A stretch of DNA of 63,866 bases, the filler included, from Octopus bimaculoides (taxonomy: Eukaryota), in the NCBI RefSeq assembly GCF_001194135.2. It is 4 parts of 4 records of this genome, joined end to end, with 100 filler letters (N's around TTAATTAATTAA, not from the genome) between each part and the next. Parts side by side here need not be neighbours in the genome. Positions count along the whole stretch, not along the records: positions 1 to 24,804 come from NC_068984.1; 3 more parts are not named here. One strand, given 5' to 3'. Below the pieces are notes generated by a model. It saw only the letters and a list, made by a program, of their open reading frames with translations. It ran no database searches and was not told the origin of the DNA. Within the stretch, counting starts at the first letter, position 1, and every line of letters starts with the position of its first letter. A program made the translations under genes and the position numbers. Shown in pieces: positions 1 to 14,255 of this stretch.

Positions 1-212
1 TATATATATATATACACACATATATATACATACATCTATATACATATATATATACATACATCTATATACATATATATACATATATATATACACGATCCTG
101 CATATATATGTATTTAATCATAATGCAATGGAACTTTTAAGACAGATATTTGATATTTTGTCTGAATCAGTACCTTGTCTAAGAATCAGGTTACCATGCG
201 TTGTCTCAGATG

Positions 213-248
<36 letters not shown>

Positions 249-1489
249 ACGTGAGAAGAGAGAGAAAGAGAGTGAGAGAGAGATGTAATACCGCCACACA
301 GAAAATATGTAGGTTACGATGGGCAGAAGATGCGCTTTGGAACGGTGGCATAGAAATGGAAGCGGTGAAGAAAGTGGAGGGGCGCTGCTTGAGAGAAGAA
401 AAAAAAATGAACTGAACACAGATGCGGTGGAAGAGCAATCTCTCTCTCTGTCTGTCTCTCTCTCTCTCTCTCTCTGTCTCTGTCTGTCTGTCTGTCTCTC
501 TCTCTATGTATGTGTGTGTGTGTAAGTGTATGTGGGCGCTCTTTTGTATGCAGCTACGTGTGAACAGAAAAAAATTGTTATTACGTATAACACACGCACA
601 CAGACACACACACGCACACACATGTACACACACACATGTACACGCACTAATATTTGGTGTTGTAGACTCCTCTTGTAAAGGTCTCATTTTCTTACCGTGA
701 AGCAGAGACACAGGCATCCGTCACGACTCTTTGTCTCTCGCTCCCAAACCTTATCAAATATATATGTGGATTGATTCACGAGCGTATTTGTGCACATAAC
801 CTTACCCCAGCAACCCCACCACACACAAACACACATACATACGTACATACGTAATACATACATAAGAACATACATACATATATGTAGATATATATATATA
901 TATACGTATATATATATAAATAATATATACATGCATATATACATACTTAAATGTACATACCTACATATATATATGTATATATATATATATATATACACAC
1001 GCACACAAACGTATATNNNNNNNNNNNNNNNNNNNNNNNNNNNNNNNNNNNNNNNNNNNNNNNNNNNNNNNNNNNNNNNNNNNNNNNNNNNNNNNNNNNN
1101 NNNNNNNNNNNNNNNNNNNNNNNNNNNNNNNNNNNNNNNNNNNNNNNNNNNNNNNNNNNNNNNNNNNNNNNNNNNNNNNNNNNNNNNNNNNNNNNNNNNN
1201 NNNNNNNNNNNNNNNNNNNNNNNNNNNNNNNNNNNNNNNNNNNNNNNNNNNNNNNNNNNNNNNNNNNNNNNNNNNNNNNNNNNNNNNNNNNNNNNNNNNN
1301 CAATGCGACAGGAGAGTGAGAGGAGTCATAGAGAGGGAGACGGAAGGGAAGAGGTGTGCCAAAAAGAAAAAAAAACTACAGAATGTAATTATATGAAGAA
1401 GGTTAACGAAAACATGTTTATCTGTGGTTTCTGGGTAAAGAATCAATTTTGTGGACAATAATAAAAGAGAAACAGGGTGAGGATTTTGT

Positions 1490-1529
1490 TGATGACGATG
1501 TTGATCATAATGATGGTGATGATAATGGC

Positions 1530-1564
<35 letters not shown>

Positions 1565-1565
1565 C

Positions 1566-1603
<38 letters not shown>

Positions 1604-1626
1604 CGATGATGATGATGATGATGATA

Positions 1627-1660
<34 letters not shown>

Positions 1661-1690
1661 CGATGATGATGGCGATGATGATGATGATGA
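1490..1690. repeat. (GAT)n microsatellite; representative of many TA, CA, GA, CTA, CAC, GAT and CTAT tracts across the window
   Basis: Direct reading; such tracts generate most ORF-track entries and border most N gaps. Confidence 0.95.
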
Positions 1691-2670
1691 TAGAAGTGAT
1701 GGCCGGAAAGTTCAGGAAAGAAAATGTATTGAAGATGATACTGAAAGCGTTATACCTGGGTGGCTGGTTGGGGCGGTGCAGAGTTTGTATGTATGTTTGT
1801 CGCATATTTCAACTGCTAAAGGCAAATACACTGCAGTTGCCGCGGAGAAAAATATCTCTTATGATAAAAAGGTGTGAAAACACCCACTTCGTTCAGTGTC
1901 GCCAACTCTCGTGAATCTCAGACATCGATGTTTCGAGTTTATTGACTCTTGTCGATGAGACGTAGCTAAGAGAGGCAACTCTGAATGAAATAAATAAATA
2001 AAGCTTGTAGCTCTATATATAATTCACTCAACGCGTTGACTGATTTGCGCTTGTAGATCGCCCGATCAAGATAAATAACGAAGTAATGGCACTATTCTCT
2101 CATCTTATTATTATAATAAATAATATATATATATAAACCACGGTACATATAGTTACCTTGCAGTAGAGTATTAATTATAATGTTTAATACTCTTTGTATA
2201 GGTAATTAACCAGTACTTTCATAAGATTTTGCTATCCTTGAATGAGGTTTGTAACCATTTAATATATATATATATATTCCAGTAATATAGTTCTTATGAA
2301 ATATTGTCTCAGATATATAAATGTTTTAAATATCTTTTTGTTTGTAAAAGCAAACAACACAACCGATAAAAATAACAACGTTTGGTTTATCTGGTCTATC
2401 AGTATTTCAGGTTTAGGACCTCTTCATCAGAAAAACGTTGTTATTAGCTAACTTGTAGCATGTGTGTGTGAAAGATAGTTGTGCGTAGCTATAGTAATCA
2501 GTCAGCAGCTGCAGCTCTAATCTGTTCTTTGTATGTATAGTGTATTTCTGAATTGAAATAGCTTCTTTTATCCCTAAGTTCCCAATGTTTCTTTCAATGG
2601 AAACCTGGATGCCTTGGTTGTAGTATTTCTGTAGATGTTTTTGATAGAAGAAGCCTTAGAATACAGGTGT

Positions 2671-2730
<60 letters not shown>

Positions 2731-3004
2731 AAATAGCACAAATATACATACATAATGTATATACTTGTGTGTATGTATATATATATATGCATATACGCAG
2801 AATACCTTGCATAAGTGCAACATTTTTTAAGGGACAAAACTCTATCATAAGAATTTAGATGACATCTATCAATTTTTTCCGTATTGAATTTTTGAATGTG
2901 CTATGGATAAATATCTGTATACTGTATGCATGTATGCATTTATTTTATGTATACATGGATGGATGTGTGAATGTTTGTGTATATGAAACGCTGTGCTATA
3001 TGCA

Positions 3005-3054
<50 letters not shown>

Positions 3055-3355
3055 TCTGTGTTGGTGGTGTTTTTAATTTCAGCCATGATGACATTAGCAA
3101 GATTCCACGTGCTTTAAGATATATTTTGTGATCTGGTCTGAACAACGTCTCGTTGGTAAGTAAAAGGTGTTTCTCTGATTTTCAACAAAAGAAATAAACC
3201 AGTTATAGAGTTAGGCTGCAGGAGTCGCTACAACTGTCGGAGCAAACGTTCAAAATGTTACTTCAGACGATTCTCTACGCCTTTGCTTTTTATGTTGACG
3301 GCGCCATCTTGTATGTATACAGGTATGTATGTATGAATGTATGTATGTATGTGTT

Positions 3356-3447
<92 letters not shown>

Positions 3448-3802
3448 AATCTATGTGTGTATTTATATTCACTCGTTAAAACCTTTTTTTTTTTCGATAA
3501 TAGGAAATGTAATAACGGAATTGGTAAGTGTGAACATGAGTTCCACCCACATTAAACGGCTGCTGTAAATGTAAAATTATCTCGACTTGCTAAGATAACG
3601 CATGGCAGAGGCTGACACATAAAACGGTCAACCATTTTTGGGAATGGAGCGAAGACACGTGGGGTCAGCTGGCATGGCATGGAAGGAAAAACCTTTAGAA
3701 TCAACGGTTGGCTTTGTAAGACACGTAAGTGTGAATGTGTTTTAAGCTTGTCTTTGTGCGTGGATGTGTATGTGTGTATGTGCGCTTGTGCGTGCGTGTG
3801 TG

Positions 3803-3843
<41 letters not shown>

Positions 3844-4026
3844 TTGTGTGTATGTATGCGTGTGTGTAATGGCTGATAGTCGAGAATTTGGGTAAAAAAA
3901 GGTATCACGACCTCATGATGCTAAATGTAGAGAGGTTTTGCAGAGGCAAAACATTTCGGAAGAACAATGCGGACAACACCAACAGTAACAACAGCAATAA
4001 CAACAACAATAGCAACAACAACACCA

Positions 4027-4089
<63 letters not shown>

Positions 4090-4500
4090 GACCACCACCA
4101 CCACTATCACCACCACCACCACCACCACCACCACCACCACCGCTACCGCCACCACCACCATATGCATCTGTGTAGTGACTTTATTTTACAAGAGCGAGCG
4201 ATGACTCAGCTTCTTATAATCTAGCCGTGCAGCAGATTTCGATGGTTTTGCCTCGCTTCCTTAAAAACAGCTCTGTTGGTGCTTCTTGCAACCTTGTTGG
4301 CAGAGCTGGCAGAGATCATTGATGTACTAAACTTGCTGATAAAAAACAAGGACTAAGATAAATAAATAAAACAACTATGAACGTATTTATCTGACAACCC
4401 AATAGATCTCCATTTTTGCAGACTTCGCTACAAATGCTTATTGAGCAAGCAATGATATACTTCATAAGTTAATGCTACGGGCAGAAAAGAAATCTGACGA

Positions 4501-4541
4501 TTCATCTGACGTTTCGGATATTCTACCTGCTTCAGAGTGAA
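4501..4541 (-). ncRNA. Minimal PLE-type hammerhead, one core substitution
   Basis: TTCACT-CTGAAGC-A-GG(TAGAATAT)CC-GAAA-CGTC/AG(A)TGAA; stem I pairs with one bulge; ACGT palindromic stem III; A9 appears to be C. Confidence 0.6.
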
Positions 4542-5044
4542 GGAATAAAAGCTTCCCGAACTTTATTCGTTTCCTTCATCTGAACTTCATTTTCTTTCCG
4601 AATGTAAAGTCGTCATGCGAAATACACATGCACTGATATTTCTTTTTCCTTTTAAATCATTAACCTTAGAGTGAATTTAGAATACTTTTTATTTAGAATA
4701 CTTTCTCACCGCATTCACACGTGTTACCTGTTTCTGGCCTATGGTATTCAGCCCTTTCAGCTTTCTGTGAAGAAACGATTACATCTTTTGAATTTGTAGG
4801 GTTCCTTCTTTTCCTTCTTTGTAGTCCCTTACACTAAACATAATTTCATTTACTTATTTATTCCCCAAACTAAAAAATGCTTCGTTTGTCTCAGTATATT
4901 CTATAACTCCAGACTCCCATTTATATGCAACTAAGATGTATATATAAATATATATATTCGCAGCATGGTTTTTTCGGAATCTCATTTCGTAATGCTCGAT
5001 TCGTATATATGAATGAGCCCTGGTGGTAAAATAAAAGAAAGAGA

Positions 5045-5118
<74 letters not shown>

Positions 5119-5289
5119 GGGATGTTGTTGTTCAAAGACTTCACCTGTTTTTAATTATATATGTTAGTTCTGTTCTACGTGAAGTCAGTAAAAGGATACG
5201 TGTTTATGTTGGTTTTATTGTTGTTGTATGTTTTTGAATATCTTCATCAGATTACCTACAGGAATATGTGTGCATCTGGGTCTAAATGC

Positions 5290-5343
<54 letters not shown>

Positions 5344-5608
5344 NNNNNNNNNNNNNNNNNNNNNNNNNNNNNNNNNNNNNNNNNNNNNNNNNNNNNNNNN
5401 NNNNNNNNNNNNNNNNNNNNNNNNNNNNNNNNNNNNNNNNNNNNNNNNNNNNNNNNNNNNNNNNNNNNNNNNNNNNNNNNNNNNNNNNNNNNNNNNNNNN
5501 NNNNNNNNNNNNNNNNNNNNNNNNNNNNNNNNNNNNNNNNNNNNNNNNNNNNNNNNNNNNNNNNNNNNNNNNNNNNNNNNNNNNNNNNNNNNNNNNNNNN
5601 NNNNNNNN

Positions 5609-5657
<49 letters not shown>

Positions 5658-6864
5658 ATATATACATACATATGTATGTTTATATATATGTGTGTGTGTA
5701 TGTATATATACGTATATACATATGGTTATATAACAATGTTATTTAAATACATGCTACATATTTGTATATATGTATGTATGTATCTCTGTCAACCTATCAG
5801 TCTATATAATGCACGTATATTTATATGTGTGTGTGTATGTGTGTGTGTGCGCGCATATGTGCAACAGCAAAGAGAAAGAAACATATGCATTTAGTTATGA
5901 AGTGGCTGTTTGCATCAAATCTCTTCGTACACCTGGTTCGATCTGTGACTATTTATTCAAACCTTCTTACTCATGTCTATTTATACAACAAATTATAAAC
6001 AGGGCAATATTTTACGTGTCAAACGCCTCGACTAATGGACATTCTCTCACTCAACTTAACTCCCGCTGCAGTTTGGCTCCAATTTCCGCCCCCCCCGGCC
6101 TTCCTTTTCCTTCTCCTTCACTTAATCTGCTTTCATCTATTTACTATTGTTAATTGTTTCATTTCTTTCCTATTTCTTTGCTAAGCATTTTGATGTGGCT
6201 TTTATTTTCTTTCTATAGTTCAGTTCACTAGTTTTTATTTACCTGGTGAACAGAGGCATATATATATATATATATANNNNNNNNNNNNNNNNNNNNNNNN
6301 NNNNNNNNNNNNNNNNNNNNNNNNNNNNNNNNNNNNNNNNNNNNNNNNNNNNNNNNNNNNNNNNNNNNNNNNNNNNNNNNNNNNNNNNNNNNNNNNNNNN
6401 NNNNNNNNNNNNNNNNNNNNNNNNNNNNNNNNNNNNNNNNNNNNNNNNNNNNNNNNNNNNNNNNNNNNNNNNNNNNNNNNNNNNNNNNNNNNNNNNNNNN
6501 NNNNNNNNNNNNNNNNNNNNNNNNNNNNNNNNNNNNNNNNNNNNNNNNNNNNNNNNNNNNNNNNNNNNNNNNNNNNNNNNNNNNNNNNNNNNNNNNNNNN
6601 NNNNNNNNNNNNNNNNNNNNNNNNNNNNNNNNNNNNNNNNNNNNNNNNNNNNNNNNNNNNNNNNNNNNNNNNNNNNNNNNNNNNNNNNNNNNNNNNNNNN
6701 NNNNNNNNNNNNNNNNNNNNNNNNNNNNNNNNNNNNNNNNNNNNNNNNNNNNNNNNNNNNNNNNNNNNNNNNNNNNNNNNNNNNNNNNNNNNNNNNNNNN
6801 NNNNNNNNNNNNNNNNNNNNNNNNNNNNNNNNNNNNNNNNNNNNNNNNNNNNNNNNNNNNNNNN

Positions 6865-6923
<59 letters not shown>

Positions 6924-7040
6924 ATACGATGACGGCTTAACTAACTGAAAGTTCGAATTCACCGTCAATAATATTCTTGGTGAAGAATAAAACTCCACGA
7001 AAATTGTCTTTATTATACTTAACCATTAAAAACAAGCAAC

Positions 7041-7077
<37 letters not shown>

Positions 7078-7530
7078 GCATGTACATATACATATATACA
7101 TATATATGAGTGTATGTTCTTGTATGTGTTGTGGGGGGCCCCCGTTTGGGAATTCCAGAGTTTTGAGGAGTGTGGAACAACCCCTAATCCACTACTGTTT
7201 TACACAGACCCTCAAAACCGGATTAGTAGCACCTGTCAAGATGGCAGCTATGGAGGGATTAATCTATTAGGGCTTGAGATTATCTATGCACCTGAAGACT
7301 GGATCCTGTAGACTCTTTGTTGAACGAAGAAGGAGACGGCTGCAGAGATGAAGCTGAGGCAAGACCTCTCGGTCATCCACTTCATCTCAGTCGCCTTGAC
7401 CTTGTCTGGCCACAAGATTAAAGATGGTCAAGGAATTAGGAGTGTGACTGACCAGGTACGGCTCCTTCTCTTAAAGGACGTCTCGACGTTTCCACAGACG
7501 AACATGATGATGATGATGCTCCCTTCACTG

Positions 7531-7692
7531 TCTGACAATCGGGTGTTGGTTTGTTTACGTCCCCGATTCGGCTAAAGAGACCGATAGAATAAGTACCAGA
7601 TTTATTTAAATACCGGGGTCGACTGCTGGACTCCATCCTTAAAGGTGATGCCCAAGCATGGTCGCATTCCTGTGATTGAAACAGATAAAAGT
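7531..7692 (+). mobile_element. SINE family A 3' half
   Basis: GTTTACGTCCCCG...GACCGATAGAATAAGTACCAG...GGGGTCGAC...CAGCATGG-like module. Confidence 0.7.
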
Positions 7693-7703
7693 TATCAACG
7701 ACG

Positions 7704-7763
<60 letters not shown>

Positions 7764-7981
7764 GAGTCATTATTTAGCGGCCGAGGTAATTACTTTAGCT
7801 AAGAACAATTATACAAACCTGGAGGAGGCTGTAGATTTGCAGACGATTTTATCTGCCTCAATACTTGGTTGATATTTTGATATCATTTACTGAAGAAAGA
7901 TAAAAGACAATGTCGACTTGAGAAGCATTTGAACTCAGAGCGTAAAGTGTCATATCTAAATGACGATGTTCTAGCTCATAG

Positions 7982-8350
7982 GCGCAGGCATCGCTTTGCA
8001 AACTGGAAGTTCCAGGTTCAGTCCCACTGCTTGGCGCCTCCTTGGACAAATATCTTCCGCTATAGATCCGGGCTAAACAATGCCTTCTGAGTGAATTTTG
8101 TAAACGGAAACTGTGTTGAAGCCCGTGATATCTATTTGTATCTTTGAGTGTGTTTTTGTGTTTGTCCCCGCCACTGCTTGAAACCGGTGTTGCTTTGTTT
8201 ATCTCTCCGTATTTTAGCAGTTCGGCAAATGAAACCCGATAGAATAAGTGACTGGTTTGAAAATAATAGGGCCGACCTGTTCGACTAAAGCTGTTTAAGT
8301 AGGTGCCCCAGCACGACCACAGTCCAATGAATAAAGCAATTAAAATATAA
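7982..8350 (+). mobile_element. SINE family A, diverged
   Basis: GGTTCAGTCCCACTG, CCTTGGACAAATATCTT, CGGAAACTG, CCGATAGAATAAG, GGTGCCCCAGCA. Confidence 0.75.
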
Positions 8351-8789
8351 AATATAAAAGGCGGGTAACGGAGTGGGAGAAACGCTTCAGTGCCGGATTA
8401 AATGTGAGTGTCGGATTAAATGCCTTCTTACATTGACTTTGTGAACTTTAGGGACAAAAGAAAGTATTTAGATCCTTTTTCACAAAATATACGACCCAGC
8501 AGCACCGAGAAGGAAACGAAATACCATCACAAAGTGATTTCTGTGAGAAACGCGAATGTCCAGAATTGATATCACGAAAGATTCATTTCATTCAATCTTT
8601 TTCAGTTTCTTTTTATTTTTATTTCAGGTAGATTAAATCGTGTTTTTTAAGCAATTGTAACCAATGGCATATCTTGATAAAAATGTAAATAACCTTTTTC
8701 TTTTATCCATGATAAAGTTCTCAAAATAGTTTCTTATTTAAAAAAAATATATTTCTATGTATATATATATACGCATGTCTGTCTGCTGC

Positions 8790-8824
<35 letters not shown>

Positions 8825-8848
8825 ACATAGACACATACACAAACACAC

Positions 8849-8887
<39 letters not shown>

Positions 8888-9785
8888 TACAAATTTAAAG
8901 CATACACAGTAAAAGAGAACTCAATATCGTATGAAATGGAAAGTTCGAGAACAAAGCAGCTCCTCTACTATTTCCACGAGTCGCTGTCTGTTATATACAG
9001 ACAAAAGGCCATAATGCTGAACAGATGTAAAGCTTCGTCTCACTACTTAAATACACGATCGGAATTTTTGGGCAGATGCCGCCACTTTCACAAATATTTA
9101 TGAAAATGTTGGCAACCTGCAACACCAGCAGATATCTGCAAAACTCTTCTTTTTTAGAGATGCAAATGTCAGGATCTCCCATATTTCTGTGTAAACACAT
9201 CAGTTGTGCAATTGCAAACATTCTAATTTTAGCCATTTATTACCAGTTCATACAGTATACGAGGCCAGCCATCCGCCCATCTTTGTCTTGACTTGAAACT
9301 CAGCGATATCACTTTAAACAACACAGTAAGAGGTAACATAACATGTCAGTTGTAAGGAAAATAACCTCAGAAAATTAGGTTTTCCTCTTTTGCATTATTA
9401 TACCCAAGACAGTAAGTCGCCACTCACTCAATCACGGTTTCATGGATTCGAGATGCAACGGATAACTATCTATGAGATGTAACGGATGAGTATCCTTGAG
9501 ATCTTTTATGCTGTTCAATCGGTGAAACTATAAGTAACAAATATATCCATCGCGTAAAGTATAATTACGCAGTTTTCAGGATGGATCGGTTGTAACGATA
9601 TGCAAATAGCACATTCCAACAGTTTCAAGTCAGCATATGTCTTCGGCTTTTTAAGGGCCACGTTTCTGAGGCGTACATTGTGAAGGAGAAAATAAGGGCT
9701 GTGTGCAGACTAACTTCGTGTAGATGGCTGATATCCCTTCTATTTCGAGGTCATACTTCTGTCCAGAGTTGCCTCTCTTTGGGTT

Positions 9786-9829
9786 TTCCCTATTGATAAC
9801 GGCCAAAGAGCTAGAAACACGTCTGGGAA
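9786..9829 (+). ncRNA. Degenerate PLE-type hammerhead
   Basis: TTCCC(T)A-TTGATAA-C-GGC..GCT-A-GAAA-CACGTC/TGGGAA; stem I pairs, core carries 2 substitutions. Confidence 0.4.
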
Positions 9830-10009
9830 TCCGACAGTGGGCAACACTAGAAAGATATGGTGTTTTTATAGTTTTTATCTAAAGAGAAGGTTTTCTGCAG
9901 TAAATTTGCCTTTAGAAGTTCAAATATGTGACAAACATATTTTAACTAACCTAAAGTTCGCTTATGCCTAAACACTGCTTCGCACTGATGTTACTGTACT
10001 CTACATACA

Positions 10010-10042
<33 letters not shown>

Positions 10043-10373
10043 GTATGTATGTGTGTGGGTGTATTTTTGTGTGTATGTGTGTGTGGAGAGGGAGAGAGAG
10101 AGGTGGGAGGGAGAGAATGATAAGTAGTAAGAGAGAGACGAACATATGTATGTATGTTACGTATGCACCCGTAATGAATGTGAGGAGAGTTTGTAAAGTG
10201 CTTTTATGTTGAAAGAAACGTATTTTAAATTCTCATGAGGAACTGAACTGAAAACCCCAAAATAAAAGAAAAGGAACGCGGACATTTTAGTGTGAGGCAA
10301 CGTGGAACAAAAGCAGACATTTCGAATTTGTTGAGTAATTTGTACGCTTCAGAGTCTCTCTCTCTCTTTCTAT

Positions 10374-10446
<73 letters not shown>

Positions 10447-10493
10447 CCTATTTATCTATCTGTCTATCTGTCTGTCGGACCTCCTGTGTGTGA

Positions 10494-10527
<34 letters not shown>

Positions 10528-10757
10528 CATAATATGTTATATAATATATTTATGATATGTATATGCATGTCTCTATCATCTATCTATATACATAGACAGG
10601 CATACACACATATATATGTGTGTGTGTATTTGTGTGTGTATCTACTGCCAAATTTGTTTATTTTCTAGCTATTCATGCACACCTACATACACATGAATAT
10701 ATGTACATGCACACACACACACACACACACACATATACAAAGGCAGAGAGAGAGAGA

Positions 10758-10841
<84 letters not shown>

Positions 10842-11279
10842 ATGAGCTAAATAGATAGATGTAAGGGACTAGAGTGAAAGTGAGAGGAAAGAAAGGAGAG
10901 GAAAAGAGAAAAAGGGGTTTGTGTAAGTCGCAGATTTTGGAATGATACGATAGAAAAAGCGGTGTCAAGTAGATGCAGAGGTTGAAACGACATGTCAGGA
11001 GCGAGAAGAAGGGGGAAAAATACATAATTTAAAATTGAAGAGATAACGATGAGTTGGTGAGATAGGTTTGTAGAGACGAGGGGGTCGTGATAGATATGTG
11101 TTGGCTGAAAAGAAGTTGGGGTTAGGGCTTGAAGAACACTCCAGTCTCTTAAAAGCCCTGATATTTGGTAGGATCAAAAATGAAAATAAAAAAGCGGACC
11201 TATTTCGCTTAGCTTCTCTCCTCTTCTCTCTCTCTTCCCCTCCTCTCATTCTCTCTCTCCCCCTCTCTCTTCCTCTCCT

Positions 11280-11320
<41 letters not shown>

Positions 11321-11404
11321 TCCAGAAGAAACGTGCTGAAAGAAATCCACGCAATCATGTGAAATGTTGAGTCGTGATTTAAACAAAATCACTTGTAAAT
11401 GGAC

Positions 11405-11689
11405 AGGGCCATGTGGTTAAGAACTTTGCAACGTGGCTTGGGTTCAATCTCATTACGCGGAACCTAGGTCATGTGTCATTTACTACAGCCCCAGACCGAC
11501 TGATGCCTTATGAGAGAATTCGGTAGACAGAGACTCTGCGGAAATAAATAAAGGAGATTCACACACAAAGGTACGATCGACTCGGTCGGGGTTACAGGGA
11601 AAGAAACTTGCCCGAGATGCACTCCAGTGGAACTGAACTCCAAAACTCTTGGCTGCAAAACGAGTTTCTTAACCACGCAGTCATTCCTG
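11405..11689. mobile_element. Two SINE A 5' halves in inverted orientation (11405-11535 +, 11581-11689 -)
   Basis: Both show tRNA-like head and degenerate CORE. Confidence 0.65.
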
Positions 11690-12286
11690 TTATAAATACC
11701 AAATTTTATCTATTTAAAATAACAATAATGAATTTTGCCCATAATTGCCGTTCATTACATATGCATACAACTCCATGCCCCCCCCACACACACACGTTTG
11801 TGTATATATATGATTACATAAACAAAGAGACATAATCTACTCCCATAATTCTATAGAAAGCTATATCTTGTAATGAATGGATAGCGTTGAATGACTATTC
11901 CAGGGCCATCGCGTACCATTGTCTACAATGAGAGAAATGTCATACTTCGAACAGCTGTCACAGTTCACTGTACTGAAAAGAAACATAACTTACTTAAACA
12001 ACCACCATCATTCTAGGGTCACAAACGCAAATATTTAAATATGGACAACAGAGTAATTCTATCCCACGACGAACAAGAGCTGATAGAATGCATTGTCCTA
12101 GATATGGTAAACTGCAAATCACAACAGAATCCAATTTACTTTTTCATCTTTTATTTTATGCTATCGATAAAACAAGTCCAGAACTGAAATTTATTTCACC
12201 GATTCCATCATTGTTCATCCTCCCCCGCTAAATTCGTGAATTTGTACCTAAATAAGTAATAATCCGTAGCATTATTAGGGAGAATA

Positions 12287-12475
12287 AAGCTGGCGGGAAC
12301 GTTAGCACGCCGAGCTTAGCGGTATTTCGTCTGTCTTTATGTTCTCAGATCAAATGCCGCTGAGGTCGGCTTTGACTTTCATACTTTCGGGGTCGATAAC
12401 ACAAGTACCAGTGGTGTACCGCGGCTGATATAATCGACTTACCCGTTTCCTCCAAATTTCAAGCCTTGCAGATTA
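12287..12475 (+). mobile_element. SINE family B
   Basis: AAGCTGGCGGGAACGTTAGCACGCC...CTTTCGGGGTCGATA..AAGTACCAG. Confidence 0.8.
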
Positions 12476-12754
12476 TTAGCAGGGGTGGGGGAGCGATGGA
12501 GGCCAGAAGCAGTAGAGCGTCTAACGATTTTGTCAAGCCACTGCCCTCCAAACGTGTATTTTACAAAAATGCTCAACATTGAGTTATTGAGCTTCAAGCA
12601 GTCCTACATTGATTTTAAAATTGCAAGTTGCATTAATGAAGGAGAGTGTCGCTTGTCACAGGCTATTAATCTTGCGATGGCAATTGTGACAAAGGGTTTT
12701 CGGTGTCATTCATATGGAACAAAGGGTTTTTTCTCGGTATTGGTTTTCGCCGAA

Positions 12755-12801
<47 letters not shown>

Positions 12802-13417
12802 TTACTATTGACAGGGGTGGTCTGGGACAAATTTTGTTGCTATTGGCAACAGGTCCGGCGACAATGTAATGACTCCATTGTTATAAGAAGCCAACAAAGA
12901 ATTGAAACCGAGTCGCAATGTCAACTCGACCAAAGTTCATCTTTCTCCTACACAACACCCGTCTCCTCCTCCCGAACCTCCTCCTTCTTCGTCACGACAT
13001 CACACACTACACGACGTCATCTTGTGTCGCTGCCCACAGCATTGTTTATATATTTCGTTCTGTTTCGTTACCAAGAAATTAGCTTTCAGTGGGCCGTACG
13101 TCAGTTGGAGTTGTCTTAAAGTTTATAATATATAACTTTGGTGTCTGTTTTTTGCGTTAATGTCCATAGTTAAGCGATTTTCAAACACTGGTGCGTGAAA
13201 CATAACACTGCGTATGATAAATCAACATTGTATTCTTCACATGCTTAAATATATTCTCAACCTCTCCTTTCTCTCATCTGTCCATCAGGCCATCTTTTCG
13301 TTCGTTGCTTCGTTCCTCCGTTCGTCAAGCCAGGCAGCAACGCTCTACCCTCTCTCTACCATTCGCCTAACGCCTTCTCTTACTTTCTATCTCTCTAGCC
13401 ATCATCCATGCCAACCG

Positions 13418-13485
<68 letters not shown>

Positions 13486-13883
13486 CATGTTGCTGCGCTC
13501 ATTGTTGTGGTTGTCCCCACCCCCTACATCAGCCATTACCAAGCATATTTATACCAGACACTTCTCTTAGAAATAGTTTACACAGATTCTGGGACTGCAA
13601 TATTCAAAACTTCTTTCCCCATTTGTTTTTAATATGGTATAGTGTGATTTGAGAGAGATTTAGTTGTTATTTCTAGTAGGTCGAGCGGCTATGAAAAGTC
13701 TTGTTGTTGTTGTTGAGGTGGTTCTTTTAGCCTTGCATCAATCCCAAACAAGCTGTTTTACTTTTCATTCACAGTGTATTCTAAGGCTACAATATTCAGA
13801 AGTTTTCCCCTTTTTAAATGCAGTGGGCGTGATTTGAGGTTGATTTAGCTATTATTTCTTGCAGAAATAGCAGCGAAATCTCC

Positions 13884-14255
13884 TGAGAGCAATCTTCTAC
13901 TATAGCCCTGGGCCGACCAATGCCTTGTGAATGGATTTGATGGATGGAAACTGAAAGAATTCCATCATATATATGAGCTTGTGTGAATGTGTGTGGTTGT
14001 GTATGCGTGTGGTTGTATGTGTGTGCGTGCGTGAGTGTGTATTTGTGTTTGTACCTGTCCACCATCACTGTTTGACAAGCGGTGCTGGTTTGTTTACGTC
14101 CCTATAACTTTACAGTTCGGCAAAAGAGAAAAAATAGAGAAGATACCAGACTTTGAAAAACAAATGTGAACTGAATCCAATTTATTCAACTAAGTCTCTC
14201 AAGGCGGTTGCCCCAGCATGGCCGCAGTCCAATGACTGAAACAAGTAAAAAATAG
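13884..14255 (+). mobile_element. SINE family A lacking head
   Basis: TCTTCTACTATAGCCC...GGAAACTGAAAGAA, TG tract, tail GACTGAAACAAGTAAAA. Confidence 0.75.

Noticed and set aside
1443-1914. Poly-Asp, poly-Met and poly-Ile ORFs
   Set aside because: All are read-through of one (GAT)n tract; the same holds for the many YI/HT/CV/ER/SL-rich ORFs elsewhere.
7120-7500. Moderately GC-rich segment with several short ORFs
   Set aside because: No recognisable motif in any frame; possibly an old TE, but unsupported.
8950-9330. ORFs 8991-9236 and 9076-9291 as an exon or transposase
   Set aside because: No family motif and no convincing splice sites.
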